The notes under the pieces: generated by a model
Databases searched by the model: none
Seen by the model: only the letters and a program-made list of their open reading frames with translations
Told to the model about the DNA's origin: nothing
Shown here: piece after piece, positions 1 to 10,121 of the stretch
How the letters are laid out: each line of letters begins with the position of its first letter
Numbering within the stretch: the first letter of the stretch is position 1
Made by a program: the position numbers and the translations under genes
Origin: Octopus vulgaris
Lineage: Eukaryota
Assembly (NCBI GenBank): GCA_951406725.2
Contig: OX597829.1
Span: forward strand, 26,102,001 to 26,166,000
DNA length: 64,000 nucleotides
Reading direction: 5' to 3'

Positions 1-17
1 TGATACACACTTCACAT

Positions 18-290
18 GATGACTCCCCTTCACAAATACTGAGAGGACACAGATAGCCAGCTGGAGGAGATATCTTCCTGGGGCTACAAACTACAGTAGC
101 ATCCACCCTTATGGGTAAGCCATATTCAAATGGCAAATATGCGTCACGATGTGTTACCGCTACTGTTTATGACTCGCTCTGAGATTTATCATTGTTTGAT
201 TTCACTTTTTCGATATCAGTGTCAATCGACACTGGAAAAAGTATATGTATTTGTGAGGGGATCTGACTTCTCGTCGACAACTATGATTGT
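18..290 (+). repeat. Copy 1 of a ~340-350 bp hairpin-rich repeat unit, interrupted by the Tx1 element
   Basis: 18-193 aligns almost perfectly with 5717-5903 apart from one ~11-bp indel. It ends in the left TSD at 271-290. Confidence 0.85.
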
Positions 291-517
291 TATTCGTCTA
301 GGGACCCCTCTTTCATCTGCGTTTTGAGAATTTTGCTGCCTTTTTGTTGAGTGAGTTCGTATTTTTGTTCGTCGTTGTTTGTGTTTACTCGTGAATTGAA
401 CAGTTGTCCGTTGTGTAACAGTAATTTTCGCCCTACGGGGCGGAAAATTCTGTGTTTAAACATTGTCATTACCTTCGAGGTAATTTTTTTGAAACATTTG
501 TTCTCATAATTTGAGAA

Positions 518-1953
518 ATGGAGTTCGACTTGGCGTCGAGGAGCGACTTTCCCGTGATGGGAAAAGGCGAACAAAAGGATACCGAAGTCAAAAAACAGTC
601 TTTTTCGGCCGCAGTGGGCGGAACTGTAACGGATGTAGAATTTAAGATTGAACAGTTATTCGAATACCGGAACTTGGTAAAAACGGAAGGCAATGAAATT
701 AAACTGGTACCGCCGCAAGCGAAGGTACAGGAAATAAAGGCAAAGACAGTTGTATACAAAGTTTATAGCAACAAAGAAAAAAAAATAATGGATGTCAAGA
801 ACGAGATAGTAGAAAAGTGCTTGTCCCCGGTGTGGAACAAAATTCGCCACGTTGTTCGAGGTGCTCGCAGCGCTACCGTTGAAGCACATTTCGACTCGGC
901 TGATGTGGCAAGAGAGGTGTCATCAATGACCTTGAAAAATGAGGATATCATGTTGCTACCTTCGTATATGGGGAAAAGAACAGCCAAACTATATGTAGAG
1001 GATATACCAAGAGGGTATGATATAATGTGGGTAGCAGCGGCAGTCCTGCACAACGTAGAGCGGGAAGTTTCAATTCTGCAGATGAGAAGGAAAGAGGAGG
1101 TGCACTGGAAAGGACAAGTGCTAGAACTCCTCGTTCAAGCAGAAAATAAGATATTAGAAAACTTACCCGATAGGGTATTCAATGAGGAGGGGACTTCAAT
1201 GAGAGTGTCAGTGGAGGGGCGCAGACCTAGGTGCTTCAAATGTGGCGAAAAGGGTCACGTCCGGTCAAACTGCATAAAAAAAAGAGAATCAACGAAGCCC
1301 CTCCTCAAAGTGCTTCAAACACTGAAAAAGAAAAGGCGGAAAAGGAACCCAAGACTGCGACAAGGAAAGGAACCGAAACGGAAGATGAAAACGAACAAAT
1401 GGAATATACACAGGTGACACACAAAAGAAAAAAAGATAACACCCTGAACTCCCCTCCCCAAACAAAGAAAAAATCAGCAAACACCGCAGAGATACATACA
1501 AAACAAATTCCCCAGCCCTACCCCCACGGCACTGTATTCATTGGAACACAGTTCGCCAAGCCCCTCCCCATAAAACAAGATTTGAAAAAATTGATAAAAA
1601 AAAATGAAAAGATTATAGCATTTGACGAGAAGAACGATAGGGTGTACAAGTATTTCAAATTTTCAAAATTTAAACTATTCAGTAAGTCTACAGACACAAA
1701 ATCAACCACTCGCTTTGCAAAAATAAAGGAAGACGAGTGGAAGGAAAAAACACTACAAGAACATTTAAAGAATAATCTTATCAGAGATGTAACGAATGAA
1801 ATACTGGAGGGTAAACTTATTATAACCCCGGCAACCACACCTACCCAGAGCCCGATGGCAACGCCGGTTAAGAGCCCTGCAGCTACGACCACAAGGGAGG
1901 AAGAAGGGGAAGCAGGCAGATTTAAACTGTCATGCTCCCTGTCCCAACCGTAA
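518..1953 (+). CDS. Tx1 ORF1 (gag-like zinc-knuckle protein), frameshifted at the A8 run 1276-1283
   Basis: ORF 518-1417 contains CFKCGEKGHVRSNC (CX2CX4HX4C) preceded by an L1-like 'RVSVEGRRPRC'. The -1 frame ORF 1231-1953 continues to a stop just before ORF2. Confidence 0.8.
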
Positions 1954-1980
1954 GTTTATTTATTTTTTCTCTCTCCGACA

Positions 1981-4900
1981 ATGGCAAAGCTGGGTTGTGT
2001 GAATGTGCGTGGAATGGGGTCGAAATGGAAACAAATTTGTTTCCTGAACGACCTCACGACACACGGAGTGGACGTAGCTATTGTAACCGAGTCCAAGATG
2101 AACGGGGCCCAAGCGTTCTCGCCTCTTCTAAATGGTTTCGAGAAATTTATTTCTCCTAGCCGAGGAAGAGGAAGAGGCGTGGCAGTCCTTATCAGGAAGA
2201 GCTTGGACTTGCAGGTAAGTACTGTCTTTCTGGACCCAGAAGGCAGGCTGGTCGTTCTGGATGTGACCCACGTAAGTAAACAGTCCTTCAGGTTGATAGC
2301 TGTCTACGCTCCGAATGAGTGTAGGCAGGCGGGTTTTTTTCGGAATCTGGAGCACTTTTTAGCGACGTCGAAAACGGTAGTCTTAGTAGGGGACTTTAAC
2401 ACTGTCCTTGAAGCGCGGGTCGACAGTGTTGGCTCAACCAATAGGAAGGGGAACCCTAGCCTCAAGGGTCTACTAGAGAGCTTTGATCTAGTGGACCGTT
2501 ATCGACTGGATGAGCCGAGCGTTCCCCAGTGGACGTGGAGTAACAACGACGGCTCACACAGATCGTATATAGATAGGATATTCGTTAGGAAAAGAGATAA
2601 GGATACATTTAGTTGTCCACAGTTTCACATTGTGCTTTACACGGATCACAAATTTGTGACTTGTAGGGTGCAATTAGATAAGTGCCATAGGCAGGGACCC
2701 GGGTACTGGAAGCTGAACAAGTCTATTTTGAATTGTGAAGACTTCCGTACCCGGATTAAGGTATTAGTACAGAGGGCATTGTGTGGCACCCTCATTAACA
2801 ATAGATGGTGGCACTCCCTCAAAAGAGCCATTCGTTCAGAGTCCATTAGATTTAGCAATCAGCTAAGGTTAGATAGGTCTAGGATAGAGGACGATTTAAT
2901 TAAGAATCTAAACAAGGCAATGGAAGCTGGCTCTGCATCCGGAGTGATGGCGGCAAGGACGGTATTGTATCGTCACCTTAACTCCAAACACGAAGGTTGC
3001 AGAGTTAGAGCTAAGCTACGCGCTGGGAAACGAGAAGGTATTAACGTTGCCGGATGGGCCCGTCGAGTGGAGAGTCAGAGAGGTAACAAAGCTTCAATCA
3101 AATCTTTAACTGACGAACAGGGACAAAAGATCTATGGACAGGAGGAGATGCAAAAGTTTCTTCACCAGCATTTCGCCCGCGCGTTCGGGGGTGGTGTGGC
3201 GCCGGAGCGGGGGAGGGCCTTAAAGGACTTCCTAGCCGGCGGACCGCGGCTCTCGGGGCGTGAGGTGGAGTGCTGTGAAGGAGCGATCACTCCCGCGGAG
3301 ATAGAGGGGGTACTAGCCTGATGCGCCGGGGAGAAGTCGCCGGGGTTGGATGGTCTGCCCTACGAGTTTTACCAAAGTATGCCGGACTTGTTCGGGGGAA
3401 TATTGGCAGGCGTCTACGCGAACTGGCAGCAGAATGGGAGAATTCCCAGTTCTGTAAGCCGGGGAGTGGTGACGCTAATCCAGAAAGACCCGAGCAAGGG
3501 GGATAACATTAGTAATTACAGGCCCATAACTCTACTTAATGTAGAGTTAAAGATTTTGGCCAAGGTGTTGGCAAAAAGGTTGACGATTGTCGTGGAGAAA
3601 CTTGTAGGGAAAGCACAGACATGTGCAATTCCAGGCAGGTCGATCCAGGACAATCTTCACCTTATACGCTACACCTTAGATAGGGTGGGTAAATTAACCG
3701 GCAAGGGTGGGGTAATGGTCCATTTAGACCAAAGTAAAGCGTTCGATAGGGTAGACCATAAGTACCTGGCGACGGTCCTCGAAGCGGCTGGACTGGGCCC
3801 TGAATTTAGCGGGTGGATCTCCGCTATGTATAGCGGCATCAAGTCCACCGTCCAGATAAACGGTTACCTAACGGAACCGTTTTCGATCGAATGTTCAGTT
3901 CGTCAAGGGTGCCCCTTGTCACCACTTTTGTACGTGTTGGCTCTCGAGCCATTGCTGCGAAAGTTGGAGAGGCTGGGAAGTAACCCGGATGAGATCGGAG
4001 GTGGGAGGACGGTTACTGCTTATGCGGATGACGTCACCCTCATCGTGTCCAATGAGGCCCAGCTACCTTGTGTAGAAGATGCTATCAGAGGATACGAGGC
4101 GGTGGCAGGAGCAAGGGTTAACAAGGACAAGTCGGTTGGCTTGCGCCTCGGCACCTGGAGGAGCAAGTCGATATCGTCCAGTGTCGTGGGACACTGGACG
4201 GATGGTCCTGTTAAGTTGCTAGGAGTTTGATTTGGGTCAGACTCCCAAACGGAGAGGAATTGGAGTGAGGTGACAGACAAGGTGGAGGCCATAGTACGGA
4301 CCTGGTCCGGAAGGTCTCTGTCCTTGAAAGGAAGGGCGGAGGTGGCACAGATGTTCATTGCATCTGTAATCACTTACCGCCTGACCGCTGTCCCTTGCCC
4401 CGATTCATGGCTTAGCAAGTTGGAGCGAATCCTTTTCCGCTTTTTGTGGAAGGGAGGAAAGCCACTTGTGAGGCGCTCCGTTTGCTGCCAGGAACCGTTA
4501 AAGGGTGGGTTAGGAATGCCTTGGTTGATGATGCGCAGGCATGCGTTGAGGCTGAAGCATCTCTGGCACCACCTGGAGGGTGATAAGGTGTGGAGTCCGC
4601 TGGCAGGGGAATTTTTCCCGAGACCGGCTTCCTTAGTGAATTTTAAACCCGGTCGCATCAAAAGACGGAATCTGACTTTATGGCAAAAGGAGTGCCGACA
4701 GGCACTCACGCTGATCCACAAGGCGGGCAAGGCCGGCTGCGGAAATACCACATCGGTATTTTATAGCAGGCTGGTAGAGGCAAAGAACGACGACGTCCTA
4801 GGAGGGGCTCTGGGGTTTGACGAAGACCAGCTTACCAACCTGTTTAAAAAGACTTTCAGGACGGGGTATTTGGATAATTTCCAAAGATCCCTGGCCTGGC

Positions 4901-5370
4901 AGTGTTATAGGAATGCTTTACCTGTTCGCGAGAAGTTATCGCGGCACGGAATTTCAGTGCCACCGACGTGTCCAAGATGCGGGTTGGACGATGAAACCGT
5001 CCAGCACGCTTTTGTACACTGTCGGAAGTTGTCAGACTTGATAAGTTACGCAGAACACGTGTTATCGCATCTGGGACGAGTACAGCTGTCGGCTGAGTCT
5101 ATGATTAAGATGATACCGCCAACTGGACTCTCGAAGGAAGGTGAGGCATGTTTTCACTGCACGGTTGCAGTAGTAAAAGAATGCATGTGGCGTACAAGAA
5201 TGGAAGGAGTCGCAATAGGATCCTTTGTCTCAGGCCCCGGCTTGCTCACTTACTTCAGATATCATCTGAAGAGCAAAATGGGGCTGGAAAAGAAGATCTT
5301 ACCACGAGGTGTGTATGAAAAAAGATGGAAGGAAGTGGCAAAAAAGGTGGGTGTCAGAAACACAGCTTAA
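1981..5370 (+). pseudogene. Tx1 ORF2 polyprotein (APE endonuclease, reverse transcriptase, C-terminal zf-RVT) with two in-frame TGA stops
   Basis: Three ORF pieces share one frame. Motifs: NVRG, GDFN, YIDRIF, TDH (APE); KSPGLDGLP, YRPITLLN, DQSKAFDRVDH, VRQGCPLSP, YADD (RT); GGLG; CPRC...HAFVHC. Stops at 3319-3321 and 4228-4230. Confidence 0.92.
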
Positions 5371-5628
5371 CTATGGATGGAGGAGAGGAAAGAAAAGCTG
5401 CTGGGCCTTATAGGTTGCCGGGGTTTAAAATATATCGGTAAGATCGCAAGTTAATGTAATGTTGTAATGTTCTATTAGTCAATGCAAAGGACAATTTAAA
5501 TACAAATTTTGTATAAGGAATAATCCAAATATTATGGAAAATTTTTAATCGAACCACTTAACTGTTTTTTGTATGTATGTCCTGTATTGTCCTTCTATGT
5601 AATGATTTTATAATCGTAATAAAGAAAT

Positions 5629-5900
5629 TCGTCGACAACCATGATTGTCACACGCTGATAAAAGGTAAACACCTTGAAACTCGGGTACGTGTGTATCATG
5701 TGTTGAAGACGGGGAGGATGACTCCCCTTCACATATACTGAGAGGACACAGATAGTGTGTCTATAGCCAGCTGGAGGAGATATCTTCCTGGGGCTACAAA
5801 CTGCAGTAGCATCCACCCTTATGGGTAAGCCATATTCAAATGGCAAATATGCGTCACGATGTGATACCGCTACTGTTTATAACTCGCTCTGAGATTTATC

Positions 5901-5903
<3 letters not shown>
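5629..5903 (+). repeat. Continuation of the hammerhead-bearing repeat plus copy 2 of the unit
   Basis: 5717-5903 matches 18-193 and ends in (TA)n. Confidence 0.85.
5636..5706 (+). ncRNA. Type I hammerhead ribozyme motif (G8->A variant)
   Basis: CACACG-CTGATAA-AAGGT-AAAC-ACCTT-GAAA-C-TCGG-G-TA-CGTGTG. Stem I is 6 bp, extended by CATGAT/ATCATG; stem II is 5 bp; stem III is minimal. Confidence 0.7.
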
Positions 5904-5954
<51 letters not shown>

Positions 5955-5955
<1 letters not shown>

Positions 5956-6072
5956 TTTATTTAAAGCAGCAGAAAATTCTACAAAACCTGTTGCTCTGAG
6001 TATCACGTTGCCGTTCATCGGACAGTTTTGTGTGTGTCAGTTTCTATAAATACGTCTAATTTGGATTATATT

Positions 6073-6124
<52 letters not shown>

Positions 6125-6255
6125 GAGAGAGAGAGAGAAATAAAATACGCTTCATTGAAATAAGAAGTTTCCCCAAAATTAAACATATATATACATCCAC
6201 CCATCCATACAAACATACATACATACATACATACATACATACATACATACATACA

Positions 6256-6291
<36 letters not shown>

Positions 6292-6350
6292 TATATAAAA
6301 TATATTCTACTGAAATTAAACATTTCCCCAAAATTAAATATATACAAAGA

Positions 6351-6402
<52 letters not shown>

Positions 6403-6516
6403 TAATCCAAATTAGACGTATTTATAGAAACTGACACACACAAAACTGTCCAATGAACGGCAACGTGAAACTCAGAGTAACAGGTTTTGTAGAATTTTCT
6501 GCTGCTTTAAATAAAG
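5955..6516. repeat. Inverted repeat (arms 5955-6074 and 6397-6516) with a hammerhead-like motif in each arm; Penelope pLTR-like
   Basis: The ~120-bp arms are reverse complements. Consensus of the two copies is CTGT-CCGATGA-ACG-GCAA-CGT-GAAA-CTCAGAG-TA-ACAG (6446-6483 on +, 5988-6025 on -). Confidence 0.75.
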
Positions 6517-6639
6517 CATATTACTCTACCACTGGTATTTGAGTACTTTTTTTCCACCTTTTTTTCCATTATGTGTTTACTCCGGTATATATATATACTC
6601 CGGTATATGTGTTTACTCCGGTATAATATATATATTTTC

Positions 6640-8320
6640 CTGTACTATCCATGACCTCATCTCCTCCTCTCGTCTCCCCCTACAGCTTCCAACCTCATTG
6701 TCCGCACCCCTCGCACCCCCACAATTTACTTCCCCCAAATCCACAAACCTAACAACCCTGGCCGCCCCATCGTCTTCGCCTGCAACTGCCCCACCGTACT
6801 CATCTCCAGATATCTTGACCGTGTACTTGCCCCCCTAGTGGCTTCCCTCCCCTCTCACATCCATGACACGAACCATGCACTTCGTTTGTTCAACTCTTTC
6901 TCATTCCCTCTAAACTTCTCTTCGCTCTCAACATCCATAGCCTCACCACGAGGGGCTGCGTGCACTCCAAAATTTCCTTCACCTTCGACTCAACCCTTAA
7001 CCTGACACATCCACACTCGTTCGTCTGGCCTCTCACTCAACTGCTTCTCGTTCGCTGGTGATTTTTACCAGCAGATCTCGGAATGAGCATGGGAACGAGA
7101 ATGGGCCTCAACTTTGCGGACCTGTCCGTTGGTTACGCTGAGGCCCAGATATTCTCAAATTTTACTGGTCCAACTCCCGAACTATACGGCCGTTATATTG
7201 ACGACTGTATCGATGCGACCTCACTCTCCCGTGAACATCTAGACTCCTTCCTCTCTTTTGTCAAATCTTTCCATCCTGCACCCAACTTTTCCTGCACTAT
7301 CTCTGACACTTCTGTCTCCTTTCTTGACATTTCGGTCCGCATTCATCACTCCACTCCCACCACCTCCATCCACTACAAACACACAGACTCACACCCATAC
7401 CTCAATTTCTCTTTCTCCCTCCCTTAACACACCAAAATTTCCATCCCCTATTCCCAATTCCTCCGTCTACGTAGGCTCTGCAGTGACGACCACAACTTTG
7501 AAACTCAGTCTCAACCCATGGCTCGCCATTTCATCCTACGTGGAAATCCCCTCACCACTATCCACACTGCTCTTGCCAGAGCACGTTCCGTGGACCGTGC
7601 ATCTGCTCCCCCCGCACCCTCACCTATCACCCCTCCATCCTACCTCCAACGCACCATTCTCCGAGCCTTCCGGCGACTCCAGTCCGACCCCTCCACTTCG
7701 CACATCTTCTCTAACCGATCCCTCCTCTCCTTCAAACGAGCCCACAACCTACGAGACCTCTAGGTCCACAGCTTCTTCCTTAACCCAACCTCCCAACCCG
7801 GCTCGCTCCCCTACTCCCGCCCACGCTGCCGCACTTGCCCTTACCTCTCCAACACCACCCTCCTCATCGGCACCCATCATCGACCCTATCATATCACCTA
7901 CTCCACCTGCACTTCTACCAATGTCATCTATTGCATCTCCTGCTCTCTCTGCCCTTCTCTATACATCGGGCAAACGGGATGCTGATTGGCTGACCAGTTC
8001 GCGGAATACCTCCGAGACACCCGACTCGGCAATGACACCCCGGTCTCGTGCCATTTCCGCTCTACCGGTTACTCTTTGCAACACTTGTCTGTGTTCGGAT
8101 TGTCCTTGCACAGGGGCCATCTGGACTCCCATCTTCGCGTGAACAGGGATTAATCTTCTCTCTTCGCTCCTTTGCGCCACATGGGTTCTCCTCTCCTCTT
8201 CATCTAACCCTCCTCCCCTCTCTTCTCTTCCTCTCACGACCCGATCGTTAAACTAATACATATTTGTGTTGTCAACACCCCCTGTCTTCGTCCTTTGTTT
8301 TTTTTTTTGTGAATTCTTCC
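6640..8320 (+). mobile_element. 5'-truncated, decayed Penelope-like element (RT + GIY-YIG endonuclease)
   Basis: RT motifs MGTRMG.NFADL, YGRYIDD, VSFLDI, YKHTDSH; linker PRCRTC; GIY-YIG 'NVIYCISCSLCPSLYIGQTG'. Multiple frameshifts and stops. Confidence 0.88.
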
Positions 8321-8338
8321 TATATATATATATATATA

Positions 8339-8660
8339 AAGTCAAGGTAGAAAATGCTAAAATAATTTTATAAAAAAACATTTCAGTACCAGTTTCAGTC
8401 ATTGAGTCTTTTTAATTGGAAAACAATTAAATTTTTGAAAAGTTAAAAGAAAAGTTTTTAAAAGAATATTTGCATAGTATTCAAAAGCAAGGAACATGCC
8501 CCTTGTATTTGAACACTATGCAAATATTCTTTTAAAAAACTTTTCTTTTAGGTTTTCCAAAAGTTTAATTGTTTTCCATACTTACAGTTGAAAAAGTCTC
8601 AATGACTGAAACCGGTACTGAAATGTTTTTTATGAAATTATTTTAGCATTTTCTACCTTG

Positions 8661-8664
<4 letters not shown>
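8339..8664. repeat. ~325-bp foldback element carrying a minimal hammerhead
   Basis: The whole segment is an imperfect palindrome centred near 8497, flanked by (TA)n and (TG)n. Confidence 0.8.
8585..8620 (+). ncRNA. Minimal hammerhead ribozyme with U3-A8 compensatory core
   Basis: CAG-TTGAAAA-AGTC-TCAAT-GACT-GAAA-CCGG-TA-CTG. A degenerate antisense copy lies at ~8384-8418. Confidence 0.65.
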
Positions 8665-8693
<29 letters not shown>

Positions 8694-9427
8694 CTGTGTG
8701 TGTGTGTGTGTGCGTGTGTGTGTGTGTGTTTGTATTTTATATATATCCACCAAATGCCACATATTAGAGGAGGTTCTCCATAATAACAGGGTAGTAAAAC
8801 GACGGTACCCAGCATAGCTGCAGCTTTCAGCTGAAACTGGAATATATATGTGTATGTATGTATGTATGTATGTATGTATGTATGTATGTATGTATTAAAG
8901 AAAGGAAAAATGTTTTTTAAATGATAAAAGCGAAAGACGAAATGGATGTGTATGTGTAAAAGAATTCAGTACTGAATGGCTACAATAGTTAAAGGTTAAA
9001 AGTTCAATTATTTTTGATAGTGGTTTGGTTGAGGTCTTTGTATTTATATGTATGATTGTATGTATATGTATTTTTATTTTGTGGGGGAATTGTATGCATA
9101 CACACACGCGTGCGCGTGATTGTCTGTGTGTACATAGTGGGAGATAGAAAGACGGGGGAGGTGAGATAAAATTTCTTGTCCCTTGTTCAAAAGAGAAAAT
9201 CTCTTTGCATTGGCACCCATTCAGGTTTTGGACAAGCACAAGCACACAGTCACACACGCGCGCGCGCGCACACACACACACATCTATATATAATGGAGAA
9301 ATTATACAAACTGTATACATAGATGATGAGTAAAGCACCTGTACAGTTTCAATTACCTGTTATTATCCGTAGATTTATTGCAGGAACTTCGTAGTGGCTG
9401 TTGGGGTAACAATATTAATAAAATAGA

Positions 9428-10028
9428 AGGCGGCGAGCTGACAGAAACGTTAGCACGCCGGGTGAAATGCTTAGCGGTATTTCGTCTGCGTTACGTTGTG
9501 AGTTCAAATTCCGCCGAGGTCGACTTTGCCTTTCATCCTTTCGGGGTCGATAAATTAAGTACCAGTTACGCACTGGGGGTCGATGTGATCGACTTAATTA
9601 CCTATGTCTGTCCTTGTTTGTCCCCTCTGTGTTTAGCCCCTTGTGGGTAATAAAGAAATAGGTATTTCGTCTGCCGTTACGTTCTGAGTTCAAATTCCGC
9701 TGAGGTCGACTTTGCCTTTCATCCTTTCAGGGTCGATAAATTAAGTACCAGTTACGCACTGGGGTCGATGTAATCAACTCAATTCCTTTGTCTGTCTTTG
9801 TTTGTCCCCTCTGTGTTTAGCCCCTTGTGGGTAGTAAAGAAATAGGTATTTCGTCTGCCGTTACGTTCTGAGTTCAAATTCCGCTGAGGTCGACTTTGCC
9901 TTTCATCCTTTCAGGGTCGATAAATTAAGTACCAGTTACGCACTGGGGTCGATGTAATCAACTCAATTCCTTTGTCTGTCTTTGTTTGTCCCCTCTATGT
10001 TTAGCCCCTTGTGGGTAATAAAGAAATA
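9428..10028 (+). mobile_element. SINE with a head plus three tandem ~185-bp body units
   Basis: Units start at 9476, 9661 and 9845 and share the core GCCTTTCATCCTTTC(G/A)GGGTCGATAAATTAAGTACCAG. A 17-bp TSD AATATTAATAAAATAGA lies at 9411-9427 and 10029-10045. Confidence 0.85.
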
Positions 10029-10060
10029 AATATTAATAAAATAGATGGAAGGAGAAAAGA

Positions 10061-10121
10061 TTTTATTGGGTATGACACGTGTTTCGACCCGTTCTGGGTC
10101 TCTTCGGGTACATCAATAAAA
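10061..10121 (-). ncRNA. Type I hammerhead motif (U4C core)
   Basis: Minus strand reads TTTTATTG-ATGTAC-CCGAAGA-GACCC-AGAAC-GGGTC-GAAA-CACGTG-TC-ATACC-CAATAAAA. The stem III region is palindromic. Confidence 0.65.

Larger units (their letters stand above)
291..5628 (+). mobile_element. Near full-length L1/Tx1-clade non-LTR retrotransposon
   Basis: Contains a 5' UTR, a CCHC ORF1, ORF2 (APE + RT + zinc finger) and a 3' UTR with AATAAA near 5618. Flanked by a 20-bp TSD TCGTCGACAAC(T/C)ATGATTGT at 271-290 and 5629-5648 (19/20 identical). Confidence 0.93.

Noticed and set aside
271-290. Tx1 target as a known snRNA, tRNA, 5S rRNA or let-7 site
   Set aside because: By eye the target does not resemble U1, U2, 5S, tRNA or let-7 sequences. 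A database search is still needed to exclude other RNAs.
3319-4230. Two in-frame TGA codons in Tx1 ORF2 as selenocysteine or readthrough
   Set aside because: The second replaces an expected Trp (LGVWFG, TGG->TGA) and I saw no convincing SECIS in the 3' UTR. Ordinary nonsense mutations are the simpler explanation.
7258-8142. 294-aa Pro/Ser/Thr-rich ORF as a host gene
   Set aside because: It is an alternative frame over the C-rich Penelope remnant.
9476-10028. CRISPR-like array
   Set aside because: The units are whole ~185-bp SINE bodies with no unique spacers, and the context is eukaryotic.
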